Shown: positions 1 to 8,874 of the stretch, one piece after another
How the letters are laid out: each line of letters opens with the position of its first letter
How positions within the stretch are numbered: the first letter of the stretch is position 1
DNA from: Peptococcaceae bacterium UBA6116
GTDB lineage: Bacteria > Bacillota > Desulfitobacteriia > Desulfitobacteriales > Syntrophobotulaceae
DNA: 64,000 bases
Assembly (NCBI GenBank): GCA_002423425.1
Contig: DIWC01000063.1
Coordinates: 45,909-109,908 of the forward strand
Reading direction: 5' to 3'
Notes under the pieces: generated by a model
The model's database searches: none
Told to the model about the DNA's origin: nothing
What the model saw: only the letters and a program-made list of their open reading frames with translations
Program-made: the position numbers and the translations under genes

Positions 1-75
1 CTCCTCTAAATCCAGATCATCCGTTTGTGTTGCCCTGAACAGGTTTGCTGCAATTAAACGATAACAGAAAAGAAA

Positions 76-111
76 ATAAAAAAATAAAAACCGCCGACAA
101 TTTGTCAGCGG
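76..111 (-). terminator. Rho-independent terminator downstream of ftsZ
   Basis: On the minus strand a 9-bp GC-rich hairpin (91-99 pairs with 103-111, one G.U) is followed by a long U-rich tract (A-rich 76-90 on plus). It lies about 16 nt after the ftsZ stop. Confidence 0.8.
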
Positions 112-127
112 CTGCTTAGCGGAGAGC

Positions 128-1192
128 TTATCTCTTATACTTTAAAAAGTTCGGGATATCCACATTATCTTTAAACAGATTATAACTGTTGTTTTTGCTG
201 TTGCTTTCCTGTCCGGTTTTCGGTTTCTTAATGACGGTTCTCTGGTCAAATCCGGTAGCAATTACAGTTACCCGCAAGTCATCCTTAAGGCTTTCATCAA
301 TTACTGCCCCGAAAATAATATTGGCTTCCTGGTCTGCGGCTTCGCCAACGATTTCTGAAGCTTCGTTAACTTCCATTAAGGTTAGATTCGAACCACCGGT
401 GATATTCAAAAGAACCCCTTTGGCCCCTTCGATCGAGGTTTCTAACAATGGACTGGAAATAGCCTTACGAGCCGCATCTGCCGCCCGGTTCTCCCCGGAA
501 GCCTGTCCTATGCCCATAAGGGCTGAACCGGTTTCGGCCATAATCGTTTTGACATCAGCAAAATCCAAGTTAATTAGACCGGGAATTGTGATTAAGTCCG
601 ATATTCCCTGAACCCCTTGCAACAGCACATCGTCAGCTATGCGAAAAGCCTCTTGAACTGTAGTATGCTTATCAACAATCTGCATAAGCCGGTCATTGGG
701 AATGGTAATCAAAGTGTCTACTTTGTCCCTAAGCTCCAGAATGCCTCTTTCAGCCTGCATGGCCCTCTTTCTGCCTTCAAAAGAAAAAGGTCTTGTGACC
801 ACTCCAACCGTTAATGCTCCGATCTCTCTGGCAATTTCAGCGACTACCGGAGCAGCACCAGTACCGGTTCCTCCACCCATACCCGCAGCTACAAAAATCA
901 TATCGGCTCCAAGCAAGGATTTTACAATTTCGTCGCGGCTTTCCTCTGCGGCACTTTGCCCAATTTCAGGGTTGGCTCCTGCTCCTAAACCTTTAGTTAA
1001 TTTTATGCCTATTTGTATTTTTTCAGCTGCCCGGGACATTTGAAGAGCCTGAGCATCAGTATTTATACCAATAAAATCAACACCCTTGAGACCTGCGGAG
1101 ATCATCCTGTTAACAGCGTTATTGCCACCACCGCCAACTCCAATAACTTTTATGCGTGCATACTGGATACCATCATTTTCGAATTCTAGCAT
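128..1192 (-). CDS. ftsZ: Cell division GTPase FtsZ
   Basis: 354 aa. Tubulin signature [12 protein letters not shown]-terminal [17 protein letters not shown] and NLDFADV loop are present. RBS AGGGTGA lies upstream of the ATG. Confidence 0.98.
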   Translation of the reverse strand: MLEFENDGIQYARIKVIGVGGGGNNAVNRMISAGLKGVDFIGINTDAQALQMSRAAEKIQIGIKLTKGLGAGANPEIGQSAAEESRDEIVKSLLGADMIFVAAGMGGGTGTGAAPVVAEIAREIGALTVGVVTRPFSFEGRKRAMQAERGILELRDKVDTLITIPNDRLMQIVDKHTTVQEAFRIADDVLLQGVQGISDLITIPGLINLDFADVKTIMAETGSALMGIGQASGENRAADAARKAISSPLLETSIEGAKGVLLNITGGSNLTLMEVNEASEIVGEAADQEANIIFGAVIDESLKDDLRVTVIATGFDQRTVIKKPKTGQESNSKNNSYNLFKDNVDIPNFLKYKR

Positions 1193-1333
1193 TTTTCACC
1201 CTGCCTCTCTTTAATTAAATCCAATCCTATTATAATAAGACAATAAATCCTAGATACCTTTATACATTTAATAAACCCCAACTACATAATTTCTAGATGA
1301 TGAACAATTATTCCTTTTTTTGTGTTAAAATAA

Positions 1334-1681
1334 TTATTTGTTTTTTTGCGGTTTATTAATAATATGACGGCGGATAATGCTGATATTCTGAAATAATCTT
1401 GTACCAAATGCCACTATCGCAGCAAGATAAAGGTCAACCCCGATTCTATCTCCAATGAAAGCTAAAAAGCTTGCCATTATAATATTAACGAAAAATCCGC
1501 TCATAAAAATAGTTGTGTCGAAAGTCTCCTCTTTATAAGCCCGGATACCTCCCATCACTGCATCAAGAGCTACAATGATTGCTACAGAAAAGGATTTGGC
1601 ATAATCAACAGGAATGTTTAAAGGACTTAAAAAACCGATTACAAGTCCTAATATTAAACCAAAAATAGGCAACAACCACAT
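1334..1681 (-). CDS. sbp: Small basic protein Sbp (DUF1290 family)
   Basis: About 115 aa with hydrophobic segments and a basic tail RRHIINKPQKNK. It occupies the position upstream of ftsZ as in Bacillus. The ATG at 1681 has a GGGGGGA RBS 6 nt upstream; the ORF track opens at a GTG at 1696. Confidence 0.75.
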   Translation of the reverse strand: MWLLPIFGLILGLVIGFLSPLNIPVDYAKSFSVAIIVALDAVMGGIRAYKEETFDTTIFMSGFFVNIIMASFLAFIGDRIGVDLYLAAIVAFGTRLFQNISIIRRHIINKPQKNK

Positions 1682-1695
1682 TTTCTGTCCCCCCA

Positions 1696-2427
1696 CTATC
1701 GTCCCAAAACAGGTTTTCCCGCAGTGAGATCAATATATTTTATAGCTTTCTCCACCGTTTTAAACTCAGTGCTACCAAGCAATTCCTCAAGAATTTTTAA
1801 CTTTGCACTATATTCTTCCCCAAAACCCATCTTTACCTTTATTTTATTTGTGAGATAAATGAGTAGTTGTCCATCCTCAGAAATGTGTATTTCACCAATA
1901 AGAGTCTTTAATTCCGACGATGCTTGTCCAATTACTAGCAAACCTTTTTGCAAATTCAGATTGCTTATTTTCTGACCCGGACCTATTGTCTCCGGCACCT
2001 CAACCCCGGTCAATACCGGGCAATCCTTTTGAGGCCAAGTATCGTAAACCCTCAATATTATCGCTTGTGAATCTACTTCTACCATTCTATCTTTGTTAAG
2101 GATCAAGGCAGCCGGAAGACGCTCCCGGATTTCCAGGATCAAGGTCCCAGGGTACTTTTTTTGGACAACAGCTTGGGCGATAAGCGGATGCAGTTTCACT
2201 TTTTGAGCTAAAACATTGGTATCAACCAGAAAAATATTCTCCCCCTTGACTGTTCCCAGCAGCTTTAAAACCTCATCCCCCTCAACATTATTTAGTCCTT
2301 CAAACCTGATATCTTTCACTAGGAAAAAATCAGATTTGGAAAACATGAATAAGGCTATGGTAATTAGACAGATCAAAGCCACAATATATAAAAAGGATGC
2401 ATTGGACTTGGTTTGAGACAAATTCAT
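1696..2427 (-). CDS. divIB: Cell division protein DivIB/FtsQ (POTRA domain)
   Basis: 243 aa. An N-terminal TM helix (FLYIVALICLITIALFMF) is followed by a POTRA-like VKDIRFEGLNNV segment. It sits between the mur genes and ftsZ. Confidence 0.8.
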   Translation of the reverse strand: MNLSQTKSNASFLYIVALICLITIALFMFSKSDFFLVKDIRFEGLNNVEGDEVLKLLGTVKGENIFLVDTNVLAQKVKLHPLIAQAVVQKKYPGTLILEIRERLPAALILNKDRMVEVDSQAIILRVYDTWPQKDCPVLTGVEVPETIGPGQKISNLNLQKGLLVIGQASSELKTLIGEIHISEDGQLLIYLTNKIKVKMGFGEEYSAKLKILEELLGSTEFKTVEKAIKYIDLTAGKPVLGR

Positions 2428-2495
2428 TCTCTCCCACTTTGGTGTTGTGTTTCGTTCATTTTACAATAATCCGTTAATATGGTGCAAACATTATT

Positions 2496-3755
2496 TTATG
2501 GCTGCTTAACAACTCTTTGCATTTTAGCTCCAAGTGCCCTATATTTTTCTTCCAAGTTCTCATATCCTCGGTCAATATGATCTATTCTCTCCAGTACTGT
2601 TCCCTCCTCAGCGGCCAAAGCAGCCAGAAACAGCGCAGCCCCCGCCCGCAGGTCAGTTGCTTCAACAAACGCCCCCTCTAGGGTAGCTACTCCGCTAATC
2701 ACTGCCGTACGCCCCTCAACCGTAATTTTTGCTCCCATTCTGACAAGTTCCGCAACATGTTGGAAGCGATTCTCAAAAATTGTTTCGGATACTATACTGG
2801 TCCCTTCGGCAATCGTAAGCAGCGCAAGGAATTGAGGCTGCAAGTCAGTTGGAAAACCTGGATAAGTTAAAGTTTTTAAGTCTAAAGACTTAAATCTGCC
2901 ACGATGCTTAACCCTTACACTATCGCCATTAACAACTATTTCCGCTCCTCCTTGGCGGAGCTTGGCGATTACCGGGCTAAGATGTTCTGGAATGACGTTA
3001 TCTACCAGGATATCGCCTTCGGTCATTACAGCCGCGATCATATGGGTACCGGCTTCGATCCTGTCAGGGATAACTATGTGTTCCGTACTTTTAAGTGACT
3101 TGACACCGTCAATCCTGATAACATGAGTCCCCCCACCACGAACCTTAGCGCCCATTTTATTCAGGAGATTTTGCAGATCAACGATCTCCGGTTCCTTTGC
3201 TGCGTTACGCATTATAGTCGTTCCCTCGGCAAATACTGCAGCCATCATGATATTTTCCGTTGCTCCTACACTGGGAATATCAAAATAGATCTCCCCGCCC
3301 CTAAGCTTTTCAGCAACCGCCTCTATATAACCGTGTCTTTCCTTGACCGTTACTCCGAGCTCTATTAACCCCTTAATATGTTGATCCATCGGACGGTTTC
3401 CAATCGCACAGCCACCGGGTCTGGAAATTTTCACTCTGCCATTTTTAGCAATCATTGGACCTAGGATCAGATTTGAGGCCCGCATTTTTCTCATCAGGTC
3501 TTCGTCAATTGTCCATTCCTGTAAATTGGATGTATCTAAAACCAACTCATCTTGGTCTAATTTTGCCTTGCAGCCAAGATTCTTTAAAACTTTGATCATG
3601 TTTGTTATATCTGTAATCTGGGGAACCCCAAGAAGAACAGTCTTGCCCTCCGCTAGAATAGCAGCAGCCATTAACGGTAAAGCTGCATTCTTGGCACCAC
3701 TTGTTTTGACCCGGCCTACTAATCTTTGTTTTCCTGTAATGACATAACGATCCAT
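2496..3755 (-). CDS. murA: UDP-N-acetylglucosamine 1-carboxyvinyltransferase MurA
   Basis: About 419 aa with KTSGAKNAALP and the active-site Cys loop RPGGCAIGNRPMDQH. The ATG at 3755 has better spacing (9 nt) to GGAGGA than the ATG at 3761. Confidence 0.93.
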   Translation of the reverse strand: MDRYVITGKQRLVGRVKTSGAKNAALPLMAAAILAEGKTVLLGVPQITDITNMIKVLKNLGCKAKLDQDELVLDTSNLQEWTIDEDLMRKMRASNLILGPMIAKNGRVKISRPGGCAIGNRPMDQHIKGLIELGVTVKERHGYIEAVAEKLRGGEIYFDIPSVGATENIMMAAVFAEGTTIMRNAAKEPEIVDLQNLLNKMGAKVRGGGTHVIRIDGVKSLKSTEHIVIPDRIEAGTHMIAAVMTEGDILVDNVIPEHLSPVIAKLRQGGAEIVVNGDSVRVKHRGRFKSLDLKTLTYPGFPTDLQPQFLALLTIAEGTSIVSETIFENRFQHVAELVRMGAKITVEGRTAVISGVATLEGAFVEATDLRAGAALFLAALAAEEGTVLERIDHIDRGYENLEEKYRALGAKMQRVVKQP

Positions 3756-3913
3756 CGTCATGTCTCCTCCCCCTTTACCTGTGTCAAATGCATTATGTTC
3801 ACTCCCAGAATAATATGTACGCTCTTCACTGCCCCCCTTTCTTTACTGCATATGTTATGCACTTGAGGAAGATAATGTGAAGAGGAAAATGTGAAGTAAA
3901 TTTAGTTTTCAGA

Positions 3914-5023
3914 CTATCTCCAAGCAGTATGTAAACAGAGATTAACGATTCTGTCCAATGCCCCCGGATTAAATATTTGCTTTGATCGGGCACTCATTTC
4001 TTCCAAAACAAAAGTATTGAAGAGAATTCTTTGTATAGCTTCCCAAAGAAGCAGTCCGTTCAAATCTTTATCAAGAATGACTTGAGCCGCCTGTTTGTTG
4101 GCAAATGCTCTGGCATTGTACTCCTGATGATTCTCGGCAGCATAAGGGTAAGGAATAAGTATGCCGGCTTTTCCCGCTGCCGATAATTCAGCAAGTGTTG
4201 TTGCCCCTGCCCTGCAAATGCAAAGATCGGAACAAGCCAGAGCCTCGGGCATATTTTTGATGTACTCCATAATCTTCCACTGATCACAGTGCCAATCAAC
4301 TCTGCTCCTATCCAATTCATCAATAATAATATTATAAGTTGCAGTTCCCGTTCCCCAGATTACCTGTATATCCGTATGTTCAATCAATTTGCTTAGCACG
4401 TAAACCATGGCCTTATTAATACTTAAAGCACCCCTGCTGCCCCCTGTCACCAGCAGGGTTTTTCTTACGGGATTAAGCCCGAATTCAGCCGCGCCCGTCT
4501 TACGCTCGATTCTTCCGATTTCCTCTCTGACCGGAAGCCCAACTACTTTAATTTTTCCCTTGGCAGGAAAGTACTGAGCGCTTTCAGGGAAAGCAAGCAT
4601 AATATTTTTTACGAGTTTGGCTAAGAACTTGTTGGTCTTACCAGGAAGCGCGTTCTGTTCGTGCAAGAGGGTCGGAATGCCGAACAAAGCTGAAGTCAGT
4701 ACTACTGGACCAGAAACATAGCCGCCGGTACCGACAACGAGATCCGGTTTAAATTTCTTGAGAATCTGCTTTGTTTCCCATAAAGCCATGACATTCGCAC
4801 CGGCAGTCCGCATAGTTTCCATACTTAATTTTCTTGGCATCCCCTTCCCGGATATTCCTTTAAACTCAAGTCCATTATCCGGAACAATTTTAGCTTCCAT
4901 CCCATCTTTTGTCCCGACATACAATACTTCAATATCGCTGTGCCTGGCCAGTAATCCTCCGGCTACAGCCATAGCCGGATAAATATGTCCTCCGGTTCCT
5001 CCCCCGGTCACGATAACCCGCAA
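3914..5023 (-). CDS. murG: Lipid II synthase MurG (UDP-GlcNAc transferase)
   Basis: 369 aa with the N-terminal G-loop VTGGGTGGHIYPA and a GT28 C-terminal domain (GATTLAELSAAGKAGILIPYP). Confidence 0.95.
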   Translation of the reverse strand: MRVIVTGGGTGGHIYPAMAVAGGLLARHSDIEVLYVGTKDGMEAKIVPDNGLEFKGISGKGMPRKLSMETMRTAGANVMALWETKQILKKFKPDLVVGTGGYVSGPVVLTSALFGIPTLLHEQNALPGKTNKFLAKLVKNIMLAFPESAQYFPAKGKIKVVGLPVREEIGRIERKTGAAEFGLNPVRKTLLVTGGSRGALSINKAMVYVLSKLIEHTDIQVIWGTGTATYNIIIDELDRSRVDWHCDQWKIMEYIKNMPEALACSDLCICRAGATTLAELSAAGKAGILIPYPYAAENHQEYNARAFANKQAAQVILDKDLNGLLLWEAIQRILFNTFVLEEMSARSKQIFNPGALDRIVNLCLHTAWR

Positions 5024-6133
5024 TCAAATAACCTCCTTAGTACCGGTCGCTGAAATATTCAGAAGCAACCCCGCCGCTATCATTGTAAATAAGAGCGATG
5101 TTCCCCCATAGCTTAAAAACGGTAAAGTTATTCCGGTCACAGGAAGAACCCCCGTAACCACACCCATATTAATCATGGCCTGAATTCCTATCAAAGACGT
5201 TAACCCCACAGCAAGCAGCCCTAAAAAATTGTTCGGGGCATTGATTGCTGCTCTGAATCCACGCCAAATAAAGAGAGCGAAAAGCATTACCACAAGGGAA
5301 GCCCCAATAAAACCAAGTTCTTCACCAATCATCGCAAAGATAAAATCGGTATGATTTTCAGGCAGGTAAAGAAATTTTTGTTTGCTCTGTCCTATTCCTA
5401 AACCGAATAAACCGCCTGGTCCAAGAGCTAACAAAGATTGAATAGTCTGGTAACCTTTACCTGATGGATCAGCCCACGGATCTAGAAAAGCAAAGATCCT
5501 GCGCATTCTATAAGGAGCTGCGAGAATAGCGGCAACAACCAGTCCTACTCCTGTCAGTCCTAAACCGAACATGTGCCATATTTTTGCTCCCACCGCTAAA
5601 AGCATAAAGAAAACGGCGGCAGCGATTACAAGCGTAGTTCCGAGGTCAGGCTGCAGCATAATCAGACCGCAGACCACTCCCAATAAGGCTAAGGAAGGTA
5701 CAATCCCTTTACGGAAAAACTTTATCTTATAGGGATCGGTTGAAAGAAATCTGGCCATAATCAAAACCATAGCCAGTTTGATTACTTCCGAAGGCTGGAT
5801 AGAGAATATCCCCAGTCCAATCCAACGAGTTGCGCCATTTACTGTTTTCCCGACTCCGGGAATCTTAACCATGGCCAAAAGTAATAGTGCTGCATAAAGA
5901 ATTGGTTTGGCCCATTTGTAAAGGAATTTCCAATCAATCAGTAATGCCACTGTCATGGCTATCAGGCCTAGTCCTACCCAGACAAGTTCAGCCTTAAAAT
6001 AATGGTATGGGTCTTCATAATAAAGATAGCCTTTGACCGCACTGGAACTATAAGTCATAACGATACCTATTAGTAACAGTGCGAAGATAACGCCAAGCAA
6101 CACTGGATCAACTTTCCGGTATTTGGCAAACAC
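5024..6133 (-). CDS. ftsW: SEDS-family peptidoglycan polymerase FtsW/SpoVE
   Basis: 369 aa, polytopic, with conserved PDLGT and LPFLSYGGTS motifs. It abuts murG with no gap. Confidence 0.92.
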   Translation of the reverse strand: MFAKYRKVDPVLLGVIFALLLIGIVMTYSSSAVKGYLYYEDPYHYFKAELVWVGLGLIAMTVALLIDWKFLYKWAKPILYAALLLLAMVKIPGVGKTVNGATRWIGLGIFSIQPSEVIKLAMVLIMARFLSTDPYKIKFFRKGIVPSLALLGVVCGLIMLQPDLGTTLVIAAAVFFMLLAVGAKIWHMFGLGLTGVGLVVAAILAAPYRMRRIFAFLDPWADPSGKGYQTIQSLLALGPGGLFGLGIGQSKQKFLYLPENHTDFIFAMIGEELGFIGASLVVMLFALFIWRGFRAAINAPNNFLGLLAVGLTSLIGIQAMINMGVVTGVLPVTGITLPFLSYGGTSLLFTMIAAGLLLNISATGTKEVI

Positions 6134-6154
6134 CTTAGCTCCCCCCTACAAAAA

Positions 6155-7522
6155 TCAATTGGGTTCGCTATAATGCTTACGCACCAAATCCTTAAACAAT
6201 TCCCCTCTTTCCTCAAAACTTTTAAACATATCCCAGCTTGTACAAGCAGGAGACAACAGGACAATATCCCCTGGCTTGGCTTCAGTTATCGCTTTTTGCA
6301 CACAATCTTCAAAACTTGTAGACCTGATTATTCTCTCAATGCCTATATTATTGGCGATTTTTTCCATCTCATTCGCTGCCTGGCCAACTAATATTAAAGT
6401 TTTTACTTTCTTTTTAGCTTCAGCCAAAAAACCGGTCATATCTAACCCTTTATTTTTCCCGCCGGCAATTAGCACTATAGGCTCTTGATAAGACTGAAGG
6501 GCTTTAATTGAAGAATCCGGATTTGTTCCTTTGGAATCATTAATAAATAAAATATTGTTAAACTTACCCACAATTTCCTGTCGATGTTTGACAGGCTGAA
6601 AATATTGAAGTACTTGAACAATCTGTTCATCTCCCGATCCCAACTCCAAAGCAACTGCAATCGCAGCCATAACATTTTCAATATTGTGCCTGCCTCGCAA
6701 AACAAGGTCGGAAGTTCCAATTATTTTCCTCGTAGAACAGTTAGTACTGCAAACAATATCCTCCCCATTAAGGTAGATCCCATTTTTCAATCTCTCTTTC
6801 AAACTAAAATAGACGATTTTAGCCCTAGTCAATGGAGCAAGCTCCTTAACTGCAGGATCATCCCAATTCAAGATGGCAGCATCATCTCTAGTCTGATTCT
6901 GCAAAATGTTAGCTTTAGCGGCAATATAATTTTCCATAGTCCCATGACGGTCGAGATGGTCGGGAGTCAAATTCAAGATAACGGCAATATTTACTCTCAA
7001 TCGGTCAATATATTCCAACTGAAAACTGGACAATTCAGCCACAACGATTCCACTTGGATTTAGATGCTCAACCTGTCCACACAGGGCCAGACCGATATTT
7101 CCCGCCACTACGGTTTCCCTGTTCGTAGCTTTCGCCAATTCACCGCAAAGAGTTGTAGTCGTTGTCTTACCATTACTCCCTGTAATTCCTACTAAAACCG
7201 CAGCCGAATCCCTCAGGGCAAGTTCTACCTCACTCCAAAGCGGAATACCCTGAGAAAGAGCCTCTTGAATAAACGAAAGCTGAGGGGATACCCCCGGGGA
7301 AAGGACCACCAAACCAGGTCTGATTTGCTTAATGTCAGGTTCCTTTGCCAAGACTAAATGCGCATCATCAAATCCTTCCAATTCTTGCAGCCCTTCAAGT
7401 TTATCCTTAGCCTGGCGATCAGTAAGAAAAACCTCAGCCCCAAGCCCCAATAACTTCCGGGCTGCCGCCAGACCGCTCTTGCCGCCACCAACTATCAGTA
7501 CTTTTTTATCTTTGTAATCCAT
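6155..7522 (-). CDS. murD: UDP-N-acetylmuramoylalanine--D-glutamate ligase MurD
   Basis: Rossmann motif VLIVGGGKSGLAAARKL and P-loop GITGSNGKTTTT. The ATG at 7522 (MDYKDKK) is preceded by GGGGGAA. The track start at 7573 adds 17 aa with no RBS. Confidence 0.93.
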   Translation of the reverse strand: MDYKDKKVLIVGGGKSGLAAARKLLGLGAEVFLTDRQAKDKLEGLQELEGFDDAHLVLAKEPDIKQIRPGLVVLSPGVSPQLSFIQEALSQGIPLWSEVELALRDSAAVLVGITGSNGKTTTTTLCGELAKATNRETVVAGNIGLALCGQVEHLNPSGIVVAELSSFQLEYIDRLRVNIAVILNLTPDHLDRHGTMENYIAAKANILQNQTRDDAAILNWDDPAVKELAPLTRAKIVYFSLKERLKNGIYLNGEDIVCSTNCSTRKIIGTSDLVLRGRHNIENVMAAIAVALELGSGDEQIVQVLQYFQPVKHRQEIVGKFNNILFINDSKGTNPDSSIKALQSYQEPIVLIAGGKNKGLDMTGFLAEAKKKVKTLILVGQAANEMEKIANNIGIERIIRSTSFEDCVQKAITEAKPGDIVLLSPACTSWDMFKSFEERGELFKDLVRKHYSEPN

Positions 7523-7577
7523 TGTAATTTCCCCCAGGAAATGTATTTTGTTAGTGACCTTGTATTTGGACATTTGC

Positions 7578-7740
7578 CCCGCTCACCCCGCACCGAACCT
7601 GTCCACTCTGCAAATGTCTAAATACAATAATATGCTGAGTGAGCGTTAAGCTGCGCCGTTGGTTCACATCAGGTATTACCCTAAGGTTTGGCGTAGTAGC
7701 GAAATCAGCAAGTGAGCAGCTCCGGCGCGGGGTGAGCGGG
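7578..7740 (-). repeat. 163-nt element closed by a long GC-rich inverted repeat (candidate structured RNA or MITE-like insert) in the mraY-murD spacer
   Basis: 7578-7591 (CCCGCTCACCCCGC) is the perfect reverse complement of 7727-7740. Pairing extends to 20 bp (7578-7597 with 7721-7740) only with two G.U pairs, which exist on the minus-strand transcript. GCTCAC occurs three times inside, and no U tract follows. Confidence 0.6.
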
Positions 7741-7782
7741 TAATTGCACAAATTCGAAAACACCCAAATAAGAAAACACACC

Positions 7783-8796
7783 TCACCCAATCATCTTCAT
7801 AAATGCCATAAGACCAGCAAAAGCAAAAATAACTGCAGCTGTCCAAAAAACCATAACAACTTTCTTCTCGCTCCAGCCCCCTAGCTCAAAATGATGGTGG
7901 AGAGGACTCATGCGAAAAACTCGTTTCCCCCTTGTCTGAAAAGAAACTACTTGAATAAGGACCGATAATGCTTCAAGCACATACACTCCGCCAAGGATAA
8001 TTAGCACAAGTTCAGTTCTGCTTAAAATTGCCAATCCGGCTATCGCTCCGCCCAAGGCCAGCGAACCACAATCGCCCATGAATACTCTTGCTGGGTGAGA
8101 GTTGAAGCGCAAAAAACCTAGACATCCTCCCACGATTGCTGCGGCAAAAATGGCAGGGTCACTGGAATTGACTGCTATTCCTTGGAGAAATCCCGTTTTT
8201 ACGGCTAAGACGGAAATAACAATATACCCCAGCGCTGCTATCATTGTGCACCCTGCCGCCAATCCGTCCAATCCGTCTGTCAGATTGATGGCATTCGTAG
8301 CCGATACAACTACTAAAGCCAGAAGGGGGTAGTATATAATTCCAAGGTCTATTTCCAGTGAAGTGAACGGAATCCCTATTACCGTACCCCTTCCCAGGAA
8401 TTGAGCAGAAATTACAGCAAAAATCAAAGCTAACAGAAATTCGGCAGCCAGTTTTTGTTTAGCCCGCAGCCCAAGGTTATTTTTTCTTAAAACCTTAAGA
8501 AAATCATCCCAAAACCCTACTATAGCAAAAGCCAGGGTAATACCTAGCAATGACAATAGACCTGCCGAATAAGGTTTCTCCGCCATAATGAGAACGGAAA
8601 CAACTATCCCGCAGAGAAAAATAAGCCCACCAATTGTTGGCGTCCCCGCTTTGGCAAGATGCCTTTGCGGACCGTCGTCGCGTATACTCTGGCCAAATTT
8701 TAAGACTCTGAGGGCCGGAATAAGGAAAGGTCCTACAACAAGGCTCACAATCAAAGCAATTCCTATCGTTAAGAAAATTTTTTCCGTCAATTCCAT
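7783..8796 (-). CDS. mraY: Phospho-N-acetylmuramoyl-pentapeptide transferase MraY
   Basis: Polytopic, with NLTDGLDGLAAG and SPLHHHFE motifs. The ATG at 8796 (MELTEKIF) follows the GAAAGGAA RBS. The track start at 8847 adds 17 polar residues. Confidence 0.94.
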   Translation of the reverse strand: MELTEKIFLTIGIALIVSLVVGPFLIPALRVLKFGQSIRDDGPQRHLAKAGTPTIGGLIFLCGIVVSVLIMAEKPYSAGLLSLLGITLAFAIVGFWDDFLKVLRKNNLGLRAKQKLAAEFLLALIFAVISAQFLGRGTVIGIPFTSLEIDLGIIYYPLLALVVVSATNAINLTDGLDGLAAGCTMIAALGYIVISVLAVKTGFLQGIAVNSSDPAIFAAAIVGGCLGFLRFNSHPARVFMGDCGSLALGGAIAGLAILSRTELVLIILGGVYVLEALSVLIQVVSFQTRGKRVFRMSPLHHHFELGGWSEKKVVMVFWTAAVIFAFAGLMAFMKMIG

Positions 8797-8874
8797 ATTC
8801 CTTTCTTCACGGATATCTCTGTCTTGATTCCAATTCAACATTATCATTAATATCTTTTTATTAATGTTTTGTTA

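Noticed and set aside
6584-7063. Long plus-strand ORFs antisense to real genes (6584-7063, 9773-10126, 12392-12916, 15166-15603, 29835-30326, 45523-45981, 48308-48787 and similar)
   Set aside because: Each lies entirely within a confidently identified minus-strand gene. None has an RBS or a recognisable motif, and the translations are low-complexity. These are typical shadow ORFs.
7640-7670. Hammerhead-like CUGAUG...GAA string inside the mraY-murD element
   Set aside because: The sequence reads CUGAUGUGAAC, not the CUGANGA...GAAA core. The required three-helix junction cannot be drawn.
7551-7790. 79-aa minus-strand ORF spanning the mraY-murD spacer
   Set aside because: It starts inside the mraY coding region and runs into the murD N-terminal extension. 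It has no RBS and an Arg/Cys/Pro-rich composition unlike the neighbouring genes. It also coincides with the 20-bp inverted repeat, so it is more likely a by-product of a structured non-coding element.
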